A stretch of 64,000 bases of DNA from an uncultured bacterium (lineage in GTDB: Bacteria; Auribacterota; JAFGBW01), in assembly GCA_964443875.1 (NCBI GenBank), contig CAYUET010000012.1, positions 12,778 through 76,777 on the forward strand, given 5' to 3'. Positions 1 through 8,559 of this stretch are shown piece by piece. Both the position numbers and the translations under genes were made by a program. How positions within the stretch are numbered: the first letter of the stretch is position 1; the number at the start of each line of letters is the position of its first letter. The notes under the pieces are model-generated. The model made no database searches. It saw nothing but the letters and a program-made list of their open reading frames with translations, and was not told where the DNA came from.

Positions 1-156
1 TGAACTGAAAATTGAGGCGGCTGTTGAAAAGGTGGAAAAGATTACCGATATTATGAAATTTAACGTGATGGTGACTCCTGCTTTAGTTGTGGATGGGCAG
101 GTCAAAAGCGCGGGAAAAGTATTAACGGCAGAAGAAATAAAAAAGTTTTTAGTATA
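1..156 (+). CDS. C-terminal fragment of a small thioredoxin-like protein (redox-active disulfide protein 2 / TM0996-MTH895-type glutaredoxin-like); 5' end lies outside the window
   Basis: The frame is open from base 1 and ends ...VMVTPALVVDGQVKSAGKVLTAEEIKKFLV*, which is the typical C-terminus of the ~80-aa thioredoxin-fold family. Thiol-redox genes follow downstream. Confidence 0.4.
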
Positions 157-169
157 AAGGAAGATTTGA

Positions 170-424
170 ATGACAGACGAAAAAAATCAGAATAACGAAA
201 GTCCATCCTGTGGCTGTAAGGAGAGTTCAAACGGAGGAAAGTGGGTTTTGATTATAGTGGCGATGCTTGCTGTTGCCATGGTTTTTCAGAAGCCTCCATG
301 CAAATGCAGCTCAATAAATGTATTAAGCCAGAAATCAGCTGCCGCTTTGACGGATAAAAAGACATCTTCTAAGGATCAGACAAGTAAAGCTTGTAAAATA
401 GGGGTGTGTTCCCCTAAAAATTAA
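170..424 (+). CDS. small Cys-rich single-pass membrane protein, hypothetical
   Basis: 84-aa ORF with one hydrophobic helix (WVLIIVAMLAVAMVF) and CGC / CKC / CKIGVC cysteine clusters. An RBS-like aaggaag precedes the ATG. It sits inside the redox cluster. Confidence 0.35.
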   Translation: MTDEKNQNNESPSCGCKESSNGGKWVLIIVAMLAVAMVFQKPPCKCSSINVLSQKSAAALTDKKTSSKDQTSKACKIGVCSPKN

Positions 425-435
425 TTTAAATTTCA

Positions 436-828
436 ATGAAGGAAAAATTTATGAATGACAAACCAACATGTGCTTGCGGAACCGCTCCAAAACTTATATT
501 TCCCTGCTCCGGTGGATCGGATACAGGTGAATTAACAGATCAAACCGCACGAAAATTGACCAGAGACGGGCTGGGTAAAATGTATTGCCTGGCAGGAATT
601 GGCGGACGCGTTTCCGGAATTATGGCAAGCACTGAGAGTGCTGCTAAAATTCTGGCAATTGACGGATGTCCTCAGAACTGCGCCAAAAAAACTTTGGAAG
701 AAGCAGGATTTAAAAAGTTTGAACACCTGACATTATCAGAAATAGGTTTTCAAAAAGGCAGCTCACCTGTTAATGCGGATAATATTTCAATCGTGGCTGA
801 AAAAGCATCGAAACTATTAACATGTTAA
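436..828 (+). CDS. DGC-domain putative zinc-binding protein
   Basis: Contains the AIDGCPQNCA motif and N-terminal Cys pairs (CACG...FPCSGG) characteristic of the DGC domain family. 130 aa. An alternative start is possible at 451. Confidence 0.55.
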   Translation: MKEKFMNDKPTCACGTAPKLIFPCSGGSDTGELTDQTARKLTRDGLGKMYCLAGIGGRVSGIMASTESAAKILAIDGCPQNCAKKTLEEAGFKKFEHLTLSEIGFQKGSSPVNADNISIVAEKASKLLTC

Positions 829-849
829 AATCGAAAGGATCACGATAAT

Positions 850-1248
850 ATGAAAAGTATTAAAATTTTAGTCATGGCACTTGTAATAATGTTTTCTTCA
901 GCATTTTCAATAACAGCAGAGGAATCGAGAAATGCAGGAATTCCCAGGCTTGTGGATCTCGGTGCAGAGAAATGCATCCCGTGTAAAATGATGGCTCCGA
1001 TTCTGGATGAATTAAAGGCGAATTATGTCGGCGTTCTGGATGTTCAGTTCATTGATGTCTGGCACCAGGAGAATGCAGAACAGGCAGAAAAGTATGGAAT
1101 TCGGAGCATTCCAACACAAATTTTTATTTCTCCAGAGGGAAAAGAATTGTTCAGGCATGAAGGTTTTTTTGCAAAGGAAGATATCTTGGCAAAATGGAAA
1201 GAACTGGGGTTTGATCTGAATGCAAAGGCCTCAAATAATTTAAAATAA
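850..1248 (+). CDS. thioredoxin-family protein, secreted (CxxC = CIPC)
   Basis: N-terminal signal peptide, then GAEKCIPCKMMAPILDEL, a thioredoxin active-site context. Size (132 aa) fits the thioredoxin fold. Confidence 0.65.
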   Translation: MKSIKILVMALVIMFSSAFSITAEESRNAGIPRLVDLGAEKCIPCKMMAPILDELKANYVGVLDVQFIDVWHQENAEQAEKYGIRSIPTQIFISPEGKELFRHEGFFAKEDILAKWKELGFDLNAKASNNLK

Positions 1249-1249
1249 A

Positions 1250-1732
1250 ATGAATAAAATTCAAATCATTGTTAAAAATATTTTACTGGTCTTTGTTTTT
1301 ATAACCCTAGGATTCAGTCTGGGGAAGGAAGTTACTTTAAGAACCGTTAAACCGGCAGCTCAGGATATTGAACCCGGCACGGGAAATAAAGTCATTGTTT
1401 ATTACCTGCACGCAACGTTTCGCTGTGTCACCTGCAACACGATAGAAAAAATGACGAAAGAATTGCTCGACTCAAAGTTTGAAGAGCAATTAAAAACAGG
1501 CCTGATAGAATGGAAACGGGCGAATTTTCAAAAAGATGAAGCTCTTGCAAAAAAATACCAGGTGATTTCAAGTTGTGTGGTTGTCGTGCAAATCAGGGAG
1601 GGAAAAGAAACCGCCTATAAAAGGCTGGATGAGGTCTGGACACTTCTTGAAGATAAACACTCTTTTAACAAGTATTTGGGTGATGCGGTTATGGAATTGT
1701 TGAATACAAAAGAAAACGGAGGTCACTCATGA
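1250..1732 (+). CDS. secreted CxxC (CVTC) thioredoxin-fold-like protein, hypothetical
   Basis: Signal/TM at the N-terminus. VIVYYLHATFRCVTCNTIE resembles a beta-strand plus CxxC active site. Translationally coupled to ccdA (ATGA overlap at 1729). Confidence 0.35.
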   Translation: MNKIQIIVKNILLVFVFITLGFSLGKEVTLRTVKPAAQDIEPGTGNKVIVYYLHATFRCVTCNTIEKMTKELLDSKFEEQLKTGLIEWKRANFQKDEALAKKYQVISSCVVVVQIREGKETAYKRLDEVWTLLEDKHSFNKYLGDAVMELLNTKENGGHS

Positions 1733-2409
1733 CCTGGTTGATGATAGGAACCGTGTTCTGGCTTGGACTTCTGACGGCTATAAGTCCCTGTCCTCTTGCT
1801 ACAAATATTGCAGCCATTTCATTTATAGGGCGTCAGGTTGGAAACAGATACAGCGTACTTTTATCAGGTTTTTTTTATACAGTGGGTCGTACCTTGACTT
1901 ATGTTTTACTTGGGATTCTTCTTGTCTCAGGGCTTACTGCTGCCGGTGATTTATCCCGGGTTCTTCAAAAATATCTGAATGAGATTCTAGGGCCTGTGCT
2001 GATTCTTTTAGGAATGGTAATGCTCGGATGGATAGACAGTTTTCTTTACCTTAATCTTGCTGGAACAAAAGTTCAGGAAAAAGCCTCAAAAGGGGGTATT
2101 ATCTGGCCTGTTATGCTTGGATTTCTGTTTGCCCTGTCGTTTTGCCCGGTATCTGCGGGTCTTTTTTTCGGTGGGTTGATTCCGCTTTCCATCAAGGCGG
2201 ACTCTGCCGTATTGTTATCCCTTGTTTACGGAATAGGCACGGCATTACCAGTTATCGGCTTTGCCTTTATCATTGCCTTTGCAACTGAGTATGTAGGCAA
2301 AGTTTTTGACAGTTTGACAATCTTTGAAAAATGGGTTCGTATTATCGCAGGGATCCTGTTTATTCTTGTGGGTATTTATTACTGCCTGACCCATGTCTAT
2401 GGAATTTGA
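1729..2409 (+). CDS. ccdA: cytochrome c-type biogenesis / thiol-disulfide transporter CcdA (DsbD transmembrane-domain family)
   Basis: Polytopic membrane protein with an SPCPL motif in TM1 (ISPCPLATNIAA) and a second Cys (SFCPV), which is the hallmark of the CcdA/DsbD-beta family. 226 aa. Confidence 0.7.
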   Translation: MTWLMIGTVFWLGLLTAISPCPLATNIAAISFIGRQVGNRYSVLLSGFFYTVGRTLTYVLLGILLVSGLTAAGDLSRVLQKYLNEILGPVLILLGMVMLGWIDSFLYLNLAGTKVQEKASKGGIIWPVMLGFLFALSFCPVSAGLFFGGLIPLSIKADSAVLLSLVYGIGTALPVIGFAFIIAFATEYVGKVFDSLTIFEKWVRIIAGILFILVGIYYCLTHVYGI

Positions 2410-2446
2410 ATTTGATAATTAAATTTTGGTTTGCTACGGTTAAAAG

Positions 2447-4147
2447 ATGACTTTTATATTTAATCATATGCCTGAAAAATTGCGACAGGTGTTTCAGGTG
2501 ACCATGTTCAGTATTGCAGCTGCGCTTTTGGCTGTGATGTTTATGACTGCCATAAATACCCTGCAGCATTTTTTCTTTGCTGGCGCGGCTGACATGCCAA
2601 CACAGAATTTTATTTTGAGAAGTTTCCTGGTTGTTGCTGGCTCATCCTTTATTGTGTCTCTTATGATGAAAAAAGTACCTGAATCCGCAGGAAGCGGCAT
2701 TCCGGAAGTAAAGGTTGCCTATTGGAAGGAACTCGGATACATCCCCTTTAAACCGGTCATTATAAAATTTTTTGCAGGAATTATAAGCATTGCAGGCGGG
2801 GCCAGCCTTGGCAGAGAAGGGCCAACCGTTTTCCTTGGGAGCGGTATAGCATCCCACCTTGCCGGCATTGCGGGATGGGCAAAAAGGCAGAGAAGAGCCG
2901 CTGCACTTATTGGAGCTTCAGCCGGACTTGCCGCGGCATTTAATACCCCTCTGGCAGCTATTGCTTTTATTATTGAGGAAATGGTCGGGGATTTGAATAC
3001 AAAATATCTTGGACAGGTTGTAATAGCCTCTCTTGCAGGAGCTCTTGTTGTGCAGGGCATCCTGGGTCATCAGCCTTCATTTATTCTTCCCGTTATTGAT
3101 TCAACTTTATGGATTCACTATTTCATTGTGCCTTTTTCCGCTATTCTGGGAGCATTATCAGGAATCCTATTCCAGCACTCTGCTTTGCTTTTAAGAAAAA
3201 AACTTAAATCACAGGAACATGTGCCAAGATGGATACAGCCTTTTATCGGTGGAATTTTAACCTGGGGCATTGGCATTGTTGTTTTCCTGTTAACCAAAAG
3301 AACAGGCGTTTTTGGTTTGGGATACCATGATTTATCAGATGCCCTAAATAATAAAGTGGTCTGGCAGGTTGCCGGCATCATTTTAGCCGGCAAACTTATG
3401 GCAACCATTTTAAGCTACAGTTTCGGGGGCTGCGGGGGTATTTTTTCTCCGACCCTATGCATAGGCGGAATGAGCGGAGTATTCATATCCGGCCTTGCAG
3501 CCTTATGGATTCCTTTAACCCCGGATGACCGTATTGTTATAGCTTCCGTCGGAATGAGCGCCTGTCTAGGGGCTGTCATCAGGGCCCCTTTGACTACAAC
3601 TTTAATTGTCTTTGAAATGACTCATCAATTTGAAATGGTGCCTGGTCTTATGCTTGGCGCGGTTATAACCCAGTTAATGGTAAAACTTATTGGAATAGAA
3701 AAACATAATTTTTATGACTCCCTGCTTATTCAGGACGGCCATGAAATCACAAAAATAAATCCGCCGAAGGATCTGCTAAGCTGGGGACGGCTTCCTGTTT
3801 CTGCAATTATGAACCAGAATCCCGTGGTAATCAGGTCTTTGGATAAAAATGAATTAAAGGCAACAGTAAAAAATTCACCATATCAATGTTTTCCTTATAT
3901 AAATAAGTCTGCCCATTTCGGAGTGATTACCCGTCATGAAATCACAGCATCAATAAAAGAAAACCGTGATCCTGTCATTCTGAATACGGAACTATGCTTC
4001 CAGGAACAAACCTTGAGTGAAGTGTCGGATAAACTCATACAGTCCTCCTCCCCTATTATTATTGTTGTCAGTAAAAACAACAGCGAAATCAAGGGAATAT
4101 TAACGCTTCACGACATACTAAGAGCGCAGGCTGCGGTTATGGAATAA
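2447..4147 (+). CDS. ClC-family voltage-gated chloride channel / H+-Cl- antiporter with C-terminal CBS pair
   Basis: Selectivity-filter motifs GSGIPE, GREGP and GIFSPTL are all present. About 10-12 TM helices. The C-terminal ~150 aa are CBS-like. Confidence 0.85.
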   Translation: MTFIFNHMPEKLRQVFQVTMFSIAAALLAVMFMTAINTLQHFFFAGAADMPTQNFILRSFLVVAGSSFIVSLMMKKVPESAGSGIPEVKVAYWKELGYIPFKPVIIKFFAGIISIAGGASLGREGPTVFLGSGIASHLAGIAGWAKRQRRAAALIGASAGLAAAFNTPLAAIAFIIEEMVGDLNTKYLGQVVIASLAGALVVQGILGHQPSFILPVIDSTLWIHYFIVPFSAILGALSGILFQHSALLLRKKLKSQEHVPRWIQPFIGGILTWGIGIVVFLLTKRTGVFGLGYHDLSDALNNKVVWQVAGIILAGKLMATILSYSFGGCGGIFSPTLCIGGMSGVFISGLAALWIPLTPDDRIVIASVGMSACLGAVIRAPLTTTLIVFEMTHQFEMVPGLMLGAVITQLMVKLIGIEKHNFYDSLLIQDGHEITKINPPKDLLSWGRLPVSAIMNQNPVVIRSLDKNELKATVKNSPYQCFPYINKSAHFGVITRHEITASIKENRDPVILNTELCFQEQTLSEVSDKLIQSSSPIIIVVSKNNSEIKGILTLHDILRAQAAVME

Positions 4148-4345
4148 AGCAGATTCTATTCAGTCATTTTTTAAAATATTGTTAAAAATCTCCAATCAAT
4201 CTAAAAAACTGGTATCAAAATATATAACTCTTTTTTAATTCTGAACATTATTTAAAATATACTACAGGCTTTTCCTGGGCGTTGACTGAAGTGGATCGGA
4301 TTTAAAGTTTTGAAGTCAGGCTTTGGAGGTATGAAAAGGAATCGT

Positions 4346-4822
4346 TTATTGTTTTTTGATCATGGATTCGGTATAGAAATTTATTATTGAATTTCTATGG
4401 GTTAAATTTCTCACTACGAGATAAGTAACGGCGGAAACAACCTCATAGCGACTTGAGGGAGCCATGTTGATGCCGGGGAGTATTTGAAAAAAATCATCAA
4501 TTTTTAAAGTTAAAAAAGCATCAATAACACGGGCCTCCTGTCCTGTTCCACCGCCTGAATTTCCTAGCTCCGTACAGATATAGCCACTAAGCCGTTCATT
4601 AAAAGTTGCATTTAATATAATTCGGCCTCTTCTTACTTTAAAGTCGTCGTAGGAGTCGTATTGCCCGTCAGAATCAAGATCCTTTTCTGAAAGAATGTCG
4701 AAGGTCTGAACCCGTAATCCAACATCCATGGTTCCGGCTTCGCCCATATCAATTTTGGCTCCCGCAGAAGCTAAAGAGGAAATTATTAAAAGACATAGAA
4801 AAACAATAGAAAATTTCTTCAT
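4346..4822 (-). CDS. hypothetical secreted protein
   Basis: Signal peptide MKKFSIVFLCLLIISSLASA. No recognisable domain. An RBS (ggagagg) precedes it. Confidence 0.4.
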   Translation of the reverse strand: MKKFSIVFLCLLIISSLASAGAKIDMGEAGTMDVGLRVQTFDILSEKDLDSDGQYDSYDDFKVRRGRIILNATFNERLSGYICTELGNSGGGTGQEARVIDAFLTLKIDDFFQILPGINMAPSSRYEVVSAVTYLVVRNLTHRNSIINFYTESMIKKQ

Positions 4823-5027
4823 TTTCCTCTCCTCTTTTTTTATTGATTGGTTTTAAAATGACCCGGCTTTTCCTCCTTTTAAAACATTAAAATAGTTATT
4901 AAGAAAAATAATGATTTTATTCTAGGAAAGAGATGATAATATGTAAATCCTTAAATTTTAAGGAGATGTTTTGAATTATGGGATAACCTGGGTATAGGAG
5001 TCCATTTTTATTTTTTATTGAAAAAAC

Positions 5028-6590
5028 ATGAATTATTCATTTACAAAAAGGAGGGGAATGATGAGTGATGATAATCAAACGGAGCGTCCTCTGAAAAAAG
5101 GGACCTTGCCGTCTCAGACCATTCATGTCAGTTTTCATTCATTTATGACCGTGATTCTGATGGCGCTTTGCCTTCCCTGCTGGTTCTGGTTTTACTGGCG
5201 CATAGAACCCAAAGCCGGTGAAATTGCGGTTTTGGTCCGGAAAACAGGAACTCCTCTTGCTTCCGGAAAAATCATTGCGACAGAGAAAAAAGAAAAAGGC
5301 ATTCATCTGGATGTTCTGCCTGAAGGCCGGTATTTTTACAATCCCTACACCTGGACATGGAAGTATTTTCATATCACCGATATCCCTGCCGGAAAATTCG
5401 GGGTCAAGATCCGGCTTTACGGGAACGATCTTTTACCTGGAAAAATTATCGCCGGAGAAAATGAGAAGGGAATCCTTGAAGAAGTGCTGATGCCCGGCCG
5501 TTACCGCATCAATCCTTATGCCTATGAAATCCGGATTTTTGAAGCCATTTCCATTCCTTCCGGCCAGGTGGGGGTCGTTACCCGGCTTACGGGAAAAGAT
5601 ATGCTGAACATTCCTCCCCCTGAAAAACTGAATGCTTTTATTGCAGCCGAGGAAGATAAAGGGGTTCAGGCTTCTGTTCTTGAACCCGGAACGTATTATC
5701 TGAATCCTTATCTGTATATGGTTACTCCGGTGAATCTGAAAAGTCAGCGTTTTGAAATGAGCGGTGAAGGCTCTATTGTTTTTCTTTCCCTGGATGGTTT
5801 TGATATTTCTGTGGAAGGGACGATCGAATGGGCCGTCAGACAGGAAGCGGCTCCTTTGATCACCACGGAAGTCGGGGATCTGGATGATGTGCTGAATAAA
5901 ATCATACTGCCGACTGCCCGCGGATTCAGCCGTCTGGAAGGTTCCAAGAAACCGGCTATTGATTACATCATGGGGGATACCCGCCAGCAGTTTCAGGACA
6001 AGCTTTCAGAACATTTAAAAAGCGTCTGCATTGAACGCGGTATTGAAATCCGTTCTGTTCTGATCCGGAATATCATGCCTCCCCAGGAAATCGCGAGCAT
6101 CATCCGTGAGCGGCAGATTGCCGTGCAGGACAGACGCAAATATGAACAGCAGATCGCAGAGGCCAAATCCCGTGCGGAACTTGCAAAGCAGGAGGAGCTG
6201 GCTGTCCAGAACAGGGAAAAAACAGAGCAGGAAACAGTGAAAATCCGCGCGGTCATTAATGCGCAGCAGTTTCAATCCGTGGCTTTGACCGAAGCCAACC
6301 GGAATCTGGAAGTGGCAAAACTTCATAATGAAGCCGCTGATTTTCAGGCCAGGGCGATTATCGCAAAAGGAGAGGCGGAACGGGATGTGATCCAGTATAA
6401 AAGAGAGGCGGAGTCCAATGCGCTGTCTGAAAAAGCGAAGGCTTTTTCAACGGGAATGAATTTCACCCAGTATACTTTTTATAAAAAGATCGCCTGCCGG
6501 GTTAAAAATATTTTTACCGATGACAAAGGCGCTTTCGGAAATATTTTCGATTCGCTTTCTGCAGGGAAGCAGAAAGGAGGTGCCCAATGA
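5028..6590 (+). CDS. SPFH/Band-7 (flotillin-like) membrane protein with three iterated N-terminal SPFH-like modules
   Basis: N-terminal TM helix, then 3x ~50-aa repeats of the form G(K/Q)xGV(V/K)..L.GxD...GKIIA..EKGI...VL.PGRY..NPY. The SPFH core follows (IRSVLIRNIMPPQEIASIIRERQIAVQDRR), then a coiled-coil EA-rich flotillin-like tail. The true start is probably the ATG at 5058 (MMSDD), after the AGGAGG at 5044. Confidence 0.7.
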   Translation: MNYSFTKRRGMMSDDNQTERPLKKGTLPSQTIHVSFHSFMTVILMALCLPCWFWFYWRIEPKAGEIAVLVRKTGTPLASGKIIATEKKEKGIHLDVLPEGRYFYNPYTWTWKYFHITDIPAGKFGVKIRLYGNDLLPGKIIAGENEKGILEEVLMPGRYRINPYAYEIRIFEAISIPSGQVGVVTRLTGKDMLNIPPPEKLNAFIAAEEDKGVQASVLEPGTYYLNPYLYMVTPVNLKSQRFEMSGEGSIVFLSLDGFDISVEGTIEWAVRQEAAPLITTEVGDLDDVLNKIILPTARGFSRLEGSKKPAIDYIMGDTRQQFQDKLSEHLKSVCIERGIEIRSVLIRNIMPPQEIASIIRERQIAVQDRRKYEQQIAEAKSRAELAKQEELAVQNREKTEQETVKIRAVINAQQFQSVALTEANRNLEVAKLHNEAADFQARAIIAKGEAERDVIQYKREAESNALSEKAKAFSTGMNFTQYTFYKKIACRVKNIFTDDKGAFGNIFDSLSAGKQKGGAQ

Positions 6591-8398
6591 AAAATCCGTT
6601 TTCCATTTTGAGCAGAGAGAAATCCGGTTTTTCAAATGTCCGTACTATTTCAGCGGTAGTCCTGTTCATTCTTGGCCTTTATGGAGTATGGCTCTGGGTT
6701 TTCTGCCGTTTTTATGTTCCGCCGAATTACATGGCCGTAATCATTTCCAAAACCGGGAAAATACTTCCGGATGGACAGATTCTGGCTGAAAAAGGGGAAA
6801 AGGGAATCTGGAAAGAGGTTTTGGGTGAAGGCCGTTATTTTTTAAATCCGATTATCTATGAATGGGTACTGAAACCTGTTATTGAGATTGATATCGGAAA
6901 AATCGGGGTTGTCACTTCCAAAATCGGAAAGGATCTTCCCAGGGGAGAGTTCCTGGCTGAAAAAGGTGAGAAGGGAATTCAGAAAAACATCCTTGGGCCA
7001 GGGAAATACAGGCTGAATCCCTACGGGTTTGAAGTAACGGTTCAGGATGCCCTTGAAATTCCCATCGGATATGTCGGGGTGGTGACCTCCCTGGCCGGGA
7101 AAGAGGCCAAAGAAGGGGATTTTGCGGTGATCGGTGAAAAAGGCGTGTTAAAGGATGTGCTGCAGCCCGGCCTTTATTATATCAACCCAAGGCAGTATCA
7201 GGTCAATATTGTCGAAGTGGGAACGAATCAGATTTCCCTTCTGGGCTATGATTCCTTTAACCAGAGCCAGGGAAGAAATCAGGAAGTGATCCGAACTAAA
7301 AAGACGGATGCTCTTGCCAAACAGATGGTGGTTCAATCCGAACTCCTGGAACAGAAGCTCGAAAAAACCCAGGAAAGACAGAATATGTATAAACAATCTT
7401 TAATGAATCAGGCTCCTGCCCAGAGAGACTCGCGTATGGATTCAGGGGTTCGATTTGGAAAAAGCCGTGAAAGAGCAAGCCTATCTAAACAGATGGGGAT
7501 GCCCTCTGTCCAGAGTGATTCACGGGTGGATGCGGGGCTTCAGAGTGTTTTGCAGTTCATAGAATTTCCCTCCAAGGACGGTTTTGATATTCAGCTGGAT
7601 ATGACCGTGGAATTTGAATTTCTTCCCGAGAAAAGTGCCTTTATTTTCAAGGAATACGGGGACCTTTTTCAGGTGGTTGAAAAAATTATTCTTCCCCAGA
7701 TCCTTTCCATTTCAAGGCTTAAAGGGTCTGCTTACGGGGCAAGAGATTTTATTGTCGGTGACGGGCGCGAAAAATTCCAGGATGAACTGGTCTCAAAGCT
7801 CAAGGAAACACTGGGAGCCAAGGGGATCGGAATCCGTTCCTCTCTTATCCGTCATGTGATTGTGCCTGACGATATCCGCACGCCCATACAGGATGCCTCG
7901 ATCGCCATAGAAACCAATCTGACCAATATTGAAAAGCAGGAAACGGCCAAAAAACTGGCAGAACTCAATACTGAACTCAGCCTCATTGACCAGAGACGTG
8001 AACAGGTTCAGCAGGAAACACAGAAAATCAAAGCCGAGATTCAGGCCAGTGAATTGAAAGAAGTCGCGGAAATTGAAGCCGCGACTGTAAAACGGACGGC
8101 GGAGATTGAAAATAAGACCGCACTGATTCATGCTGAAAAGGTGAGGAAGATCGGTAAAGCCGAAAGTAATGTGATCCAGATGACAGGCCTTGCAGAAGCT
8201 AATGGTTTTAAACTGAAAGTCTCTGCTCTCGGTGATCCTTCGGCCTATTCGCTCTATGAATTCAGCAATCATCTGCCGAATGATCTGAACCTTGTTATTG
8301 CTCACACCGGCCAGGGAACTCTTTGGACGGATTTGAACAAATCTCTTTCCGGAAACCTGAGCAGTCTGAAACTGCTGGAAACAGCGGATAGAAAATAA
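6587..8398 (+). CDS. SPFH/Band-7 (flotillin-like) membrane protein, paralog of the upstream gene
   Basis: Same architecture as the upstream gene: TM; repeats GQILAEKGEKGIWKEVLGEGRYFLNPIIYEW / GEFLAEKGEKGIQKNILGPGKYRLNPYGFE / GDFAVIGEKGVLKDVLQPGLYYINPRQYQV; SPFH core (IRSSLIRHVIVPDDIRTPIQDA); long coiled coil. The start overlaps the upstream stop (ATGA). Confidence 0.7.
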   Translation: MKNPFSILSREKSGFSNVRTISAVVLFILGLYGVWLWVFCRFYVPPNYMAVIISKTGKILPDGQILAEKGEKGIWKEVLGEGRYFLNPIIYEWVLKPVIEIDIGKIGVVTSKIGKDLPRGEFLAEKGEKGIQKNILGPGKYRLNPYGFEVTVQDALEIPIGYVGVVTSLAGKEAKEGDFAVIGEKGVLKDVLQPGLYYINPRQYQVNIVEVGTNQISLLGYDSFNQSQGRNQEVIRTKKTDALAKQMVVQSELLEQKLEKTQERQNMYKQSLMNQAPAQRDSRMDSGVRFGKSRERASLSKQMGMPSVQSDSRVDAGLQSVLQFIEFPSKDGFDIQLDMTVEFEFLPEKSAFIFKEYGDLFQVVEKIILPQILSISRLKGSAYGARDFIVGDGREKFQDELVSKLKETLGAKGIGIRSSLIRHVIVPDDIRTPIQDASIAIETNLTNIEKQETAKKLAELNTELSLIDQRREQVQQETQKIKAEIQASELKEVAEIEAATVKRTAEIENKTALIHAEKVRKIGKAESNVIQMTGLAEANGFKLKVSALGDPSAYSLYEFSNHLPNDLNLVIAHTGQGTLWTDLNKSLSGNLSSLKLLETADRK

Positions 8399-8411
8399 GA
8401 TTATATGATTT

Positions 8412-8439
8412 CTCCCTGTTTTGATAAGGAAACAGGGAG
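8412..8439. terminator. 10-bp-stem hairpin (CTCCCTGTTT-N8-AAACAGGGAG) between the convergent SPFH-2 and dnaE genes; candidate bidirectional terminator
   Basis: Perfect inverted repeat in the sequence. A weak T-tract (gattttta) follows on the + strand. Confidence 0.35.
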
Positions 8440-8559
8440 TGATGCCTGATTTTTATGAGCAAGGCGAAGTGAAAATTTAAATCAGAATTATTCCCAGGGG
8501 AGTATTGACTCAGAGGAGCTTGCTTTAGAACCCAGGGTAAATGCCCTGGATTTAATCCG

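Noticed and set aside
2410-2446. Fluoride riboswitch ahead of the ClC gene
   Set aside because: The intergenic region is only 37 nt. The ClC is a full-length CBS-containing type, not a CLC-F.
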